A DNA stretch of 64,000 bases from Mustelus asterias (taxonomy: Eukaryota). The DNA is taken from contig NC_135808.1 of NCBI RefSeq assembly GCF_964213995.1, positions 103,044,001 to 103,108,000 of the forward strand, given 5' to 3'. The translations under genes and the position numbers were made by a program. This document shows, piece after piece, positions 36,619-48,720 of this stretch. The notes beneath the pieces are model-generated. The model ran no database searches, was not told the origin of the DNA, and worked only from the letters and a program-made list of their open reading frames with translations. Within the stretch, counting starts at the first letter, position 1; each line of letters starts with the position of its first letter.

Positions 36619-37324
36619 CTGAGCAAAAAGAGCAAGCATCATATATTGTCCAAAAGAGCAATTTATGCTTTCCAGCACAAAAAATTCTATTGGGGAAGAA
36701 TTGCTGTGTGATAAACAGTTTCATCTCAACTGTGCCATTATTCATAGTGAGGGGAGTGCAGGAGCAGGGATATCTTGCTGCAATTATACAGGGCCTTGCT
36801 GAGGCCACACCTGGAGCAGTATGTGCAGTCTGGTCTTCTTATCTGAAGAAGGATGTTCTTGCTCTGGAGGGAGTGCAGAGAAGGGTTCAATTTCCTCAGA
36901 GAAATTACATGGTTAGCACAGCATCTTTTCATCTCTGCACACCCACAACTCAGACTGATAATATCAAATGTATACTTCCTTGTAACTGAAGGAACAAGTC
37001 AATGAAATACATTTGGGTAGTCTTGACATTTCTAGTAGAAATATCTAACTTCATATACAAATGTCATAAGAAGTTAGGGAAAAATTATAATATTACTCCT
37101 GCAGTGGGAATACCGGCCTGAAATTTAGCATAAAGCTATGTTTCTCAGAAGAATAGATGGAGCCTTAATCTGAACATAGCTGTGCTATAGCTAACCTGTT
37201 TGGATACTTAACCCAATAGCAGCAAAGTGGAAAAATATTCTGCGCTCAATGCTAAGCACTCCTTTAAATGCACGTAATGCACTAAAATGGGAAAACCACC
37301 AAGTATGCATCACTCTCACAGATT

Positions 37325-38242
37325 TAAGAACATAAGAAATAGGAGCAGGAGTAGGCCATCTAGCCCCTCGAGCATGCCTCGCCATTCAATAAGATCATGG
37401 CTGATCTGATAGTGGTTTAGTTCCACTTACCCGCCCGCTCCCCATAACCTTTAATTCCCTTATTGATCAGAAATCTGTGACTTAAACATATTTAACGAGG
37501 TAGCCTCCACTGCTTCAACGGGCAGAGAATTCCAGAGATTCACTATCCTGAGAGAAGAAGTTACTCCTCAGCTCTGTTCTAAACTGACTCCCCCTTATTT
37601 TGAGGCTGTGTCCTCTAGTTCTTGTTTCCTTTCTAAGTGGAAAGAATCTCTCTGCCTCTACCCTGTCTAGCCCCTTCATTATCTTATATGTCTCTATAAG
37701 ATCTCCCCTCAGCCTTCTAAACTCCAACGAGTACAGGCCCAATCTACTCAATCTCTCCTCATAAGCTAACCCCCTCATCTCCAGTATCAACTGGTGAACC
37801 TTCTCTGTACTCCCTCCAAGGCCAATATATCCTTCCGCGAATAAGGGGACCAAAATTGCACACAGTACTCTAGTTGCGCCCTCACCAGTACCTTGTACAA
37901 TTGCAGCAAGACCTCCCTGCTTTTATACTCCATCCCCTTCGCGATAAAGGCCAACATTCCATTTGCCTTCTTGATCACCTGTTGCACCTGCAAACTGAGT
38001 TTCTGCGATTCATGCACAAGGACCCCCAGGTCCCTCTGCACAGCAGCATGTTGTAATTTTTCACCGTTTAAATAATAGTCCATTTTACTATTATTCCTTC
38101 CAAAGTGGATAACCTCACACTTGTCAACGTTATACTCCATCTGCCAGATCCTCGCCCACTCACTTAGCCTATCCAAATCTCTCTGCAGACTTTCCGCATC
38201 CTCTACGCAATTTGCTTTCCCACTCATCTTTGTGTCATCCGC
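37325..38242 (-). mobile_element. Relatively young CR1 LINE 3' fragment
   Basis: ORFs 37787-38227 and 37515-37853 give the ORF2 C-terminus; tail aagaacataagaaatagg on +. Confidence 0.93.
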
Positions 38243-40029
38243 ATTTGCTTCAGTTTCAACTATACTCCTTCACCATTAAATGATTTGTTAATTCTTCACT
38301 AACATACTCAACACTGGCTATTGACGTAACAAATAATTTATCAGTTTAAAGAGTTAACATTTTAAAATTAATCTTTAACGCCTGGCGTCACAAGGATCGC
38401 CAAGAGGGCAAGATCATAGCTATGTCTGTCGTAAACTGGGCAGCCTTGCTAATTTCCTTTCTCTGTATTTGTTGATTTACCAGTATATCATCTCTGCTGC
38501 TGTATAATGAGAAAGGCTGCAAGATCTATTGACATCGCAACACTAGAGACAGTGTGCAGAAACACAATGACAGACAGCAATATCCTGCCCAGATTAAGGA
38601 ACTGGTTCTCTGGAACACACGACACAGGGATTAAGAATCCCATCTACCAATTTAGCTAACCGGACTGGGGAATTTCCTGCACACCGGCATTTGTTCTTCT
38701 TGGGTCTTGTACTTAGTTATTCAGCAGGACGGGGGTTGGGGGGGGTGGGGGTGTTTGTATTATGGGGTCAGGATTGCTGAGCAGCTGTCTGGAACTAGAA
38801 TCAAGAGAGAGTGAGGCAAAATATAAAATCGAAAGACGGCAACAAGCAGACCAGATAGGAAAGGGCAATAATATCAGCAGTGGGAGAAACTGTGCAGGCA
38901 CCAGTAGCTGCAACACTGGCCAAAGCTGCATCTGCAATAGTTCCTGGCACCTGGCCAATTGGGGTTAGTGTCTAAATCTTGTTGAAATGAGCAAATTTAA
39001 AATTGCAGATTACCAAACAATGGCTCGAGTAGGAAATGAAAATTGCCATACTAATGGACAGTGTGTGTTTTTCATAGCTTGGCGCTGAAACACATTGTTG
39101 AGGCACTGTGGACAGACATTTACTCTATTACTAACCCAGGAGGGCTCCTGAATGGGAACAATTTAGAGAGAGGACAAAAGAGACAGAAGATCATTTGTTC
39201 AACTAGCCTGTGTCACCTGAAGGAGTGAGTAAGATCATTGGCACATCTGCAAATTGAAAATTTCTGAAAACAAAAATCAAACACAAGTTAGCCTGTACCT
39301 TTACAGTACTGGTCAGCCACTATATGGTGATCAGACTTTCAAAAAAGTTCATTTTTTTCCCAGTCACATCAGGTCTATCATCTTCTTTCTTCTCCTTAAA
39401 GAAAATATCCTGAGTATGTATATCATTCATTTTCCTGCAGCTATACTGGAAAGATGGTATTCCAAACTCCTATTGCTTTTTTGGGAGCTGTGGGCAAGAA
39501 ACAGTGTTCTTAACTATCATTTAGCACAATTTATACTGAATTTAGGAGAAAGAGGAAGGACAAAGACTAAAAGCAATCAACTTGTGAAAACACAATAGAT
39601 CACACAGCAGAAAAATACATTAAATAGTGATTTACTTCAACTTCAATCTTCTCAGCAGCCTATCACTTGCCAAATATAGGCAAAGAAAAAGTCATCTTGA
39701 TATAACAAATAAGATTATTTGTTAAAAGATTGATGCCAATGTGCATTTAAATGCATCTAAACTGGTTGATTTACTGTGAAATGAATGTCACAGGAAGAAT
39801 TAGCAGACACAATTAAATTGTCTTAGGAGATAAAAATCAATGACAGTGCCTTTTCAACCAAAATAAGTGGGTTTTTTTAAAAACCAATTCTGATCTACAG
39901 CTTGACAGAATGAAGAGATAAAGGCCTAAAAGTTTAACTTTTATGAAGTTTTCTGTTTCAGCTTCTGAAAACGGGCTGAACTACTACACTTGGACACATT
40001 TTCATCATTTAAAATGCTAGACGTGGAAT

Positions 40030-42125
40030 CATGATATTGAAGGAATGGTAACACAGTTCCAAGTTCGTATGGGGTGTGGCTTGGAGGGGATCTTGCAGCT
40101 GGTGGTGTTCTCACACATTTGCTGCACTTGTCTTTTAGATAGTAAAAGGTTGCAGGTTTGGAAAAAGCTGTCAAAGGTGGCTTGGTGAGTTGCAGTACTG
40201 CATCTCCTGGATGGCATACACTACTGCTATGGCATGCTGGTGATGAAAGGAGGGAACGTTTAAAGTGGTGGATGGAGTGATCAAACAGACTGACTTGTCC
40301 TGGATGCTGCCGAGCTGGAGTGTTTCTGGAGCCACACCCATATAGGCAAATGAAGAGTATTCCATCATATTCTTGACTCGTGCCTTTTAGCTGGTAGACA
40401 GACTCTGGGAGTCAAATGGCAAGTTACTTGCCGCAGAATTCCTAGCCTCCGATCTGCTCCTGTAGCCACGGTTTTTGTACAGCTGGTCCAGTTTTGCCTA
40501 ACACTAGCCCCCAAGATGTAGCCAGATTCAGCAACATAGTTGAATATTAGAGGCAGACGGTTAGATTCTTTGTTGGAGTTTGGCATTGCCTTGCATTTGT
40601 ATGGTGATTGTTAGTTGCCACTTAGCAGAACAAGCCTAAATCTTTGTCAGGTCATGATGCATATGGACACGGACTGCTTCAGCACTGGAGCCGTCACAAA
40701 TGGTACTGAACATAGTACAATCATCATCAGGGAACATTCCCAATTCTACCCTGAAGAGAAGGTAATTGAAGAAAGAGTTGGGCCTAGGATACTATCTCAA
40801 GGAACTCTTGAAGTAATGTCCTGGGGCCAAGACGATTGGCATCTAAAAGTACAAACATTTTCCTTTGTACTACCTGTGACTAACCAGGAGAGATCCTCTG
40901 CCACATCCGATTCTCATTGAATCCAATGTTGCTGAAGCTCCTGGGTGCCGCACTCAATCAAGTGCCGCCTTGATGTCAAGGGCAGTCGCTCTCACTTCAC
41001 CACTCGAATTCAGCTCTTTTGTTCTTGTTTGGATCAAGGCCGCAATGGGGTCTGGAGCCAAGTAGTCCTAATGGAACCCAAACTGAGTAGGTTATATTTT
41101 TCACTCTTTCATGGGAACTGGATGCCACTGGCTAGGCCAGCATTTATATTGCCCATCCGTAATTGCCCTTAACACCACCTTCTTGAACCGCTGCAGTCCA
41201 TGCACCCATAATACTGTCACGAAGGAGTCCCAGGAATTTGACCCAGCAACAGTAAAGGAGCATCAATATATTTCCAAGACAGGAGGGGAACATGCAGGTG
41301 GTGATGCTTCCATGCATCTGCTGCTCTTGTCCTTCTAGAAGGCAGAGGTCACAGGTTCAGAAGGTGCTGTCAAAAGAGCCTTGGTGACTTGATGCAGTGC
41401 ATCTTGTAGCTGGTACATACCACTGCCACTAAGCATCAGTGGAGGGAATGAGTGTTTAGATCTTGGATGGTGTGACAGTCAAGCAGGCTGCTTTGCCTGG
41501 ATGGTGTCAAACATCTGGACTGTTGTTGGAGCTGCACTTGAATATCAAGGGGAGATTGTTGGACTCTCGTTGTTGAAGATGGTCATTGTCTGGTACTTGT
41601 GTGGTGTGAATGTTACTTGGTACTTAGTGACACTGCTGTCTCTCAATGCCAGGGACCCAGGTTCAATTCCCAGCTTGGGTCACTGTCTGTGCGGAGTCTG
41701 CACATTCTCCCTGTGTCTGCATGGAATTCCTCCTACAAACCGAAAGACGTGCTGGTTAGGTGCATTGGCCATGCTAAATACTTCAGTGTACCCAAACAGG
41801 CACCAGAGTGTGAGGATTAGGGGATTTTCACAGTATCTTCATGGCAGTGTTAATGTAAGCCTACGTGTGACACTAATAAATAAACTTTAAATATATTAGC
41901 CTGAGCCTGGATGTTATCTTGCTATGAATGGATGGTATCTGGGGAATTGTCAATGGTACTGAACATTGTATAATCACCAGCCAGCAAACATTTCCAATTT
42001 TGACCTGATGGAGGGAAGGTGAAGCAGCTGAAGGTGGTTGGGCCTAGGACACTGATCTGACCCATTGGTTGTGTTCCAATGTTTGGCACGCATGTAGTCC
42101 TGTTTGTAGCTTCACCAAGTTGCCA
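40030..42125 (-). mobile_element. Cluster of old CR1/L2-group LINE fragments with nested SINE (+, ~41630-41888)
   Basis: Similarity to 12230-14530 and 30440-31230; SINE core gggtcactgtctgtgcggag. Confidence 0.65.
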
Positions 42126-42345
42126 ACTCATTTTTTGGCATGTGCTATATTTTGATAATTAAAAAGAGAATCGCTTTCTAACAAGACATTTTGAAATACA
42201 TACAAGCTCTCCTGGCAGCTAAGCAAATTTACTGAGTGAGTAGATGAGCTGTAGTTTACAGTCGAGGAAGGTCCCCAGGTTCTAATACCAGTACTGATCT
42301 TGGCCATCATGCCATTAGAGACAACTAGGAAGATGCTTTGCTCGT

Positions 42346-43292
42346 CTTTTAAGCAGTATCAGTTTTGTTTTTCTAATAAATTGATTGCTCTGATTTGTAC
42401 GGCAGCAGACTTGTACGTTATTTTCTCCCCCAACACCTTTGATGTATTTGATCTGTTAACATGGACAAAGATCATTCCAAAATGCGCCAGTCTGTGCCAT
42501 AATTAATTGGAAATGCCAAGTAGCAATTAACTCGCACAAAACCTGAACTTTGACTGCATTAAATTCATGAACTTTATGTGAACGGTGAAAAATTGATATT
42601 CAAAAGTCTGCATTGAGAACTGTGGGGGAACAGAGAATGCAAGTTGAAGGATTTGTTTTGAAAATGTTCACAAAACAGCCAGCAGTTCAGAGCAGACATT
42701 GTACAAGTCTTTGTTGTTCTACATTTGATTTGATAAACATATGTAGCAAATCAACTTGGAGTCTACAAATAGCTCAAGGGTAGCATCGATATTTATATCA
42801 AATAGTATTGTGCAGAGGGCACTGATGCAATTGCTGAGAACCTACAAAGTACAAGATCACTGTAGGATAAAAATCAATAAGTCGACAGTTCCAGGTCATC
42901 AGGAACACGATGCCTGTTTAAGGGGAATGGAACAAGACAGGAAAGAAAGAGTAGACAAGATAGGAGAACGAGTGCGTCATTAAAATACCCTAAAATGGTT
43001 TCCATTCATCATACAGGTAGACTTGCTGGAAATGTGCTTTTGTGGATCACAGGAGGGGATGGGACAAGTCTCAGCTGTTACACACTAATTCTTAAGCTTG
43101 CCAACATCTATCTTGAATGCTCATTATCAACTTGGTTCAATGAGTGGGCGCCCCGAGTCTCGCACAGAATCAATATCATTAGGAGAGAAGGAAGTGGGAA
43201 GGTGTTGGGGGAGAAAATAATGTACAAGTCTGCTGCCATACAAATCAGAGCAATCAATTTATTAGAAAAACAAAACTGATACTGCTTAAAAG
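42346..43292. repeat. 94-bp inverted repeat (42346-42439 / 43199-43292)
   Basis: 92/94 identity by hand alignment; the ORF track shows the same peptide (FKQYQFCFSNKLIALIC) on both strands. Confidence 0.92.
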
Positions 43293-43334
43293 AAAGGCCA
43301 TTAACTTTTGTTAGTGTGAACGTGGTCATGTTAC

Positions 43335-43421
43335 CTCATCAGGCGGATTCTTCCATGTTCCCAACCCAATGAGGGGCATTTTCTGTCCAGTATTGAGCAC
43401 AACATAATCAGAAGTGGCCAT
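43335..43421 (-). CDS. AKR1A1: AKR1A1 coding exon 1 ([29 protein letters not shown])
   Basis: 87 nt; [13 protein letters not shown]; acceptor 6 nt upstream of ATG (exon starts 43427), gtaac donor. Confidence 0.96.
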
Positions 43422-44384
43422 TTTAACCTAAAGAAACAAAATGAACTTTTGTAAAAACACTCAAGACATGAACACATCATGACCATTTGTTCAAATCTTT
43501 GAACTTCATATTTCAAGGATACCTATCTATTTCCTTGACAGATACCTAAACAAACTGACTCAACTAGCAGGTGTGCGTGCTCACATGTTGAGGAGCTGGA
43601 CAGAAAACGGAGGCCCTGTCTGTATCTTGGGAGTCTCTACTTGACAAAAGCCAACTTAAACAATGTAATTCATCATCCCCAATGTGCCAATTTAGCCTTT
43701 AGCTGACTGAGAACAACAGTAGTTGAGGACCAGGATCTCAAACCCAAGACTAATGTCATCGTCTACTGGGCAGCAATGATGTCCAGGCTTTTATGTACGT
43801 GGAGTGATTTGAATGATTTGCAGCGGTTTCTCTTTTAAGATACCAACATAATAAACTAACTCAAATTAACTAAAGGACAAATTAAAAGGGGCAGCTCCCC
43901 CCTCAAAACAAAGCCGCCTTTTGCAGATCCTCCAAATTCAGTGGCAAGATAGGTTCAAAGGCAATGTCTTCTCTCAAGCTAACTTTTCTAGCTTGAAGGC
44001 ACTGATCATTAAAAAAACTCCACAGGGTGGGTCATGTCAGGTATACAAATGACATCAGACTCCTAAAATTCTCTCTGCAGATTTCGGTTGCAGCAGGAGA
44101 TTCCCAGGAGGACATTGGAAACACTTGAACATCCCTGAAGAGGTCAGATGTACCCGCCGGTTCATAGGGAGACATGGCTTGTGATCGACCTAAATGAAGG
44201 CAACTCATTTGGGAAGGCACTGACCACATTAAGACCACAAAATAGGCTTTAACATTTTCACAAGTAATATAATGAATACAAATACGTGAATTTACGCAGA
44301 ATGCCAATGTTAAAAGGAAAAGTTTATTTCTACTTCTCATTACCTTTATGAAAACCACAGTTTGCGAGCTGTTGTCAATATACC

Positions 44385-44570
44385 TATTCTCCCCTTTGAC
44401 GGGGGAGCACTGACTGGTGGCGATTTTAACCTGAGGATCACCACACCTCAGGAGAGAGGCGAGATTGAGAAGGCAGGGCCTTTATGAATAACCTCAGCCA
44501 GTTCAGGAATTGAACCTACTTTATTGGTGTCACTCCGCATCACGAACCAGCTGTCTAGCTAACTGACTCC
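44385..44570 (-). mobile_element. tRNA-derived SINE (different family)
   Basis: Minus-strand head tcagttagctag...ggttcaattcc resembles Pol III A/B boxes. Confidence 0.5.
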
Positions 44571-45391
44571 CTGTGCTGCATGTTGTGCCCCTTTATGTCC
44601 CAAGGGGATTGCCAGTAAATCCACAATACTGATCTTTGTCATATCAGCTATTTAAAATGTAATTTATAGTTTCCATCGAATACAATTTGGCTGCGAATTC
44701 ATGCTTTCTCAATGTTAATTTGACTGTTAAATTATTATAAAAAAGTGAAATCTTGTCCATCGGTATTTTTTCCCCTCAGGAAGTTTGGTTATTTATTGGT
44801 CTCCACGGAGATCATAATTTGCATTAGCCTTAAGAGCAAGAATAAAATCTTTTGCACGCTGCCCCTTCAAAACTAAATCATACTATTTGTCCAATTCAGG
44901 ACATTTTCAACTCTCTTGCAAATGTACAGAATTGCAAAGCAGATCCAGGAAGACAGAGGTCTGAAAAGAAAAGATCAGCAGATTTCAGATTTATTTTCTG
45001 CAATGGTGGACTTACTAGCACATTATTAATAAACTGCTTGCTGCAATTATCACATAACACCATTCTTTGGAAACATGAAAGAGGAACAATCATAAATATT
45101 TAGGTCCCCACTTAGCTGTTTAAAAAGAAACAGCAATGTTGTTAATTTCATTGTGAAAGATATTTATCAAACGATACTAATGAGCTCAACAAAATGGTTG
45201 TACTGAATGGAAACGAGATGGGGGAAAATGATAAAAATGCATGTTTGGGACTGCACTACAGGAAAACATAGAACATCTATAGCGTTATCAAAATTTAATT
45301 AAAAAGCTGGATGAACACAATACAACAATTTTCACAACGTAATATAGCTTAATTTTTGTCTGACTACATATGTAATACTCTTTGCAATATT

Positions 45392-45522
45392 GTGAGGTGG
45401 AGATGCCAGCATTGGACTGGAGTGGGCACAATATGTCTCACAGCACCAGGTTACAGTGCAACAGGTTTCAGCAGGTGATTCCAAATAAACCTGTTGGACT
45501 TTAACCAGATGCTGAGACTTCT
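45392..45522 (-). mobile_element. Degenerate palindromic Penelope-derived insertion
   Basis: gtctcacagcaccaggtta...taaacctgttggactttaacc arms, same family as 47208-47391 in the opposite orientation. Confidence 0.7.
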
Positions 45523-45929
45523 TCGGAATATCATTCCAGATTAAAATGTGCTGCATGCATGTAAATTGCCAGGGTTAATTTGAGACAGTAAAAGATCATG
45601 AAAAAAATCACTTCACACTAAGCAATTTCCACTGAAAACAGTGACAGCCAAGAACTTACATGGAAGTTTATTTTAAAGCTAACACTATATCAATAACGAA
45701 GCAGTACCGTAACGGGTAGTTTGAAGAAAATGCTGCTAACTCCGATGCAAATGCACTTGATCTGAATGAATCCCAAATTGTAAGATACACGTAGTTACCG
45801 AGACAAAGTGCCTACCCCACCCCACCCCACCCCCAAAAAATACCTGCTTATCAACGTTGGCCAAGCTGATGTTGTTTTCCCGTTCCAGCAATATCACTGT
45901 AACTTCCACCAGCAACAACCTGCTGCTTC

Positions 45930-46620
45930 CAGCAGCTCAATGAACCGTCCAGGTTCTCCAGTCACGCGGCTAACGTGCTGCTTCCGGGAAGGTGCGTCAT
46001 ATGTCACCGAACGTCAATTGCCAGACAGAGAATTATTTAAAAGTCGGTTCTTTAAAATAATTTCAGAAGAGTTACAATTTTAAAAAAAATATTCACCTGA
46101 CGATAAACACCGCGAAGAGACACCAAATATCTCATGCCCACTCATGCCAACCATCACATCCGGGTGCAGATGGTGACGCATGCGCACAAGTCGCCCGTTG
46201 AGCGATAGCCCAAGACGGTTGTCAACAGGAAGGCGCATATCGGGGAAGCGGCTGTGCCCGTTGCGCGTGCGCGGATCGGGGAAGGGGCTGTGCCCGTTGC
46301 GCGTGCGCGGATCGGGGAAGGGGGGGCTGTGCCCGTTGCGCGTGCGCGGGCCGCTGTTTTCCCCGGCGGGCGGGGGGAGGGCGCTGGGGCACGCGGCGTT
46401 TGCGCGGGTTTAACGGTTTCCAAGTGGAGGGCGCGAGGCGGCGAGTAAGGGCGGTTGGTGATAACGACAGGTAATAAATATCCAGCCCCTCACGGCCGAT
46501 TACACCGAAAGACAGCTATTTTTTTCGGTATAAAATAACATCACGGTTTAAGAAAAAGTCAAAAGAAATTGATACGAAGCCCTTGGGTCCTCGGGTAGGC
46601 ATTGGCGTCATTCAGAAAAA
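45930..46620. promoter_or_regulatory. CpG island, probable bidirectional AKR1A1/PRDX1 promoter
   Basis: Only non-transposon CpG-rich zone between the two ATG exons; outward-facing donors CAG|gtgaat (minus, 46097) and CAG|gtaata (plus, 46470); NRF1, ETS, CRE-half and GC-box motifs. Confidence 0.7.
46239..46349. repeat. 36-39-bp GC-rich tandem repeat x3
   Basis: Unit atcggggaag(g)nctgtgcccgttgcgcgtgcgcgg starts at 46239, 46275 and 46311. Confidence 0.93.
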
Positions 46621-47089
46621 CACTTCTGCTCTTGAATCGGAACAAAATAAACGTCCCCGAGCACTGGCCCCGATCACTAACTTATTAACCAATTGTTAAC
46701 CCTAATAACTAACATATCCTAGCCAGAGAGTGGTGAGAAGGAAACTTGTTATCTATCACAGAGTGGCTGAAGCGAATCACAAAGATGGATTAAATGGGGG
46801 AAGGGGGATGTATGGACACATGGAGGGAGGGAAGTATTTGCTGATAGGGTTTGATGGAGAAGGGGTGGAAGGAGGAGGCTCTGCTTGGACATGAACACTG
46901 GCATCAACAGGATGGTGCCATGTATGGTCTATTACACCCTTGTGTGCTGCACACCTGCTGCCCAGACATTGACCATACAGATTGATCCTGTTGATAACCA
47001 TGGTGGATGGCCGCTTCAATCGGATCGTGGCTTGAAGCATGCAACTATACCTCAGGTTCGAGTGGGGAATTCGCTGCGGCTTTCCCATG

Positions 47090-47575
47090 AAATGGTGGCA
47101 CAGTGGTTAGCACTGCTTCCTCATAGCGCCAGAAATCGAATCCCGGCTTGGATCACTACCTGGGCGGAATCTGCACCTTCTCCCTGTGTCTGGCTTTCCT
47201 CCGACTGAGAAGTCTCACAACACCAGGTTAAAGTCCAACAGGTTTATTTGGTAGCAAAATCCACTAGCTTTGGCAGCAGCACTCCGAAAGCTAGTGGATT
47301 TTGCTACCAAATAAACCTGTTGGACTTTAACCTGGTGTTGTGAGACTTCTTACTGTGTTTACCCCAGTCCAACACTGGCATCTCCACATCATTTCCTCCG
47401 GCTGCCATAGTTTCCTCCCACAGTCTGAAAGACGTGCTGGTTAGGTGCATTGGCCATGCTAAATTCTCCCTCAGTGTACCAAAAAGGCGCCGGAGTGTGG
47501 CAATTGGGGATTTTCACAGTAATTTCATTACAGTGTTAACGTAAGCCTACTTGTGACACTAATAAATACATAAAG
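47090..47575 (+). mobile_element. V-SINE-type SINE interrupted by a palindromic insert
   Basis: Head tggtggcacagtggttagcactgc; tail gtgacactaataaa as at 41865-41885. Confidence 0.8.
47208..47391. mobile_element. Palindromic Penelope-derived insertion (64-bp perfect arms)
   Basis: Arms 47208-47271 and 47287-47350; ~13-bp flanking duplication tttcctccg(a/g)ctg. Confidence 0.85.
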
Positions 47576-47769
47576 TCTGGGTGACCCTAATAAATAATAA
47601 ATAAAATCACTGGTAGTTAAAATCGATCCCTGATCTTGCCCAGGAGGGATAAAGCAGAGCTGTCTGTTTCCTGTGATTTTGTATCTCATTTAGTTCAATA
47701 AAGCCCAAGTTTCTCAGGGCATGAATTGGCTAAGTGGGAAGCTTTCTGGCATTGTTGGAAAGCCTGGTA

Positions 47770-48720
47770 ATTTTAATGCTGGGATATCATTTCTGTTTGA
47801 CTGACTGCTCTCACAGTTGCATTGAGGTTCAGCTTATTCGCATGATGCACATAATTATGGTCTGACTCCAATGCCTCTTTATACCAAGAATGTATCTCAA
47901 GTGAGGATGCATTCTTTGTGGTCTTTATTGTACTTTGAACAGCTGCACTAGAAATGTTTACAGCAGAAATGAATTGAAGGGCAATCTCCCACATTTCTGA
48001 TGGGGAGGTCTCAGAGGAGGAAGGACAGAAGATAGTGTTCTCAGAGGCATCTCCAGAGCCACAGAGGTGACTGGCAGGATAGCACCATCAGCCCAGGAAT
48101 TGGCTTCACGTGGAAAGAGGCTCTGTGGCCAGAGGAACAGCAGGGGTAAGGACAGCTTTTCACCTCCCCACCTTTTTCAAGAGCATCTGAACATACTAAT
48201 TTTATCCTCTTTCCCACCTCTCAACAATTCCCTCTCCTCCTTCCGCATTCAGTCAGAAGGCTGTCTTACAAAGCTTTTCCTTCACGTTCCAAACACACTC
48301 ACCTTTTGCTTCCTATCTTCACAATACGCATGAACGAACAGGAATCTCTTCTCAAATCTTACCATTTGCACAAGCACTAACTATTCATTGTATTCCTTCC
48401 TCACTTCACATTTCATATGTTAAGGTTGACATTCACATTTCCATCCTAATTCCACTTTGTTTCCTCCAAAGTTCTCAGCATACATCCTAGTTGTACAAAC
48501 TCAACACACCCCCACTTAAGTTCTCATCAGTCACTCAATAACTCTCTCCTCTCTTTCTGCAGGACAAAGCAGGTCTTAATGCCAAGGATCTCACCAAGAC
48601 TCGAGGAGGGGGTCACCAACATCATTGATCTCACTCAAGTAGAAGATTCCTTGGAGAATAGTGACCCAGACAAAGTTATGTGTCGGGATGAAAAGGCTGA
48701 CACCTTATCTGAGTAACATG
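47770..48720. mobile_element. Probable relics of the Harbinger second (Myb/SANT-like) gene
   Basis: Remnant peptide DKAGLNAKDLTKTRGG..NIIDLT resembles the 'TGGG' region of such proteins; weak, from memory. Confidence 0.35.

Noticed and set aside
46154-46448. Ala/Arg-rich ORFs on both strands in the CpG island
   Set aside because: Explained by the GC-rich 36-bp tandem repeat lacking stop codons
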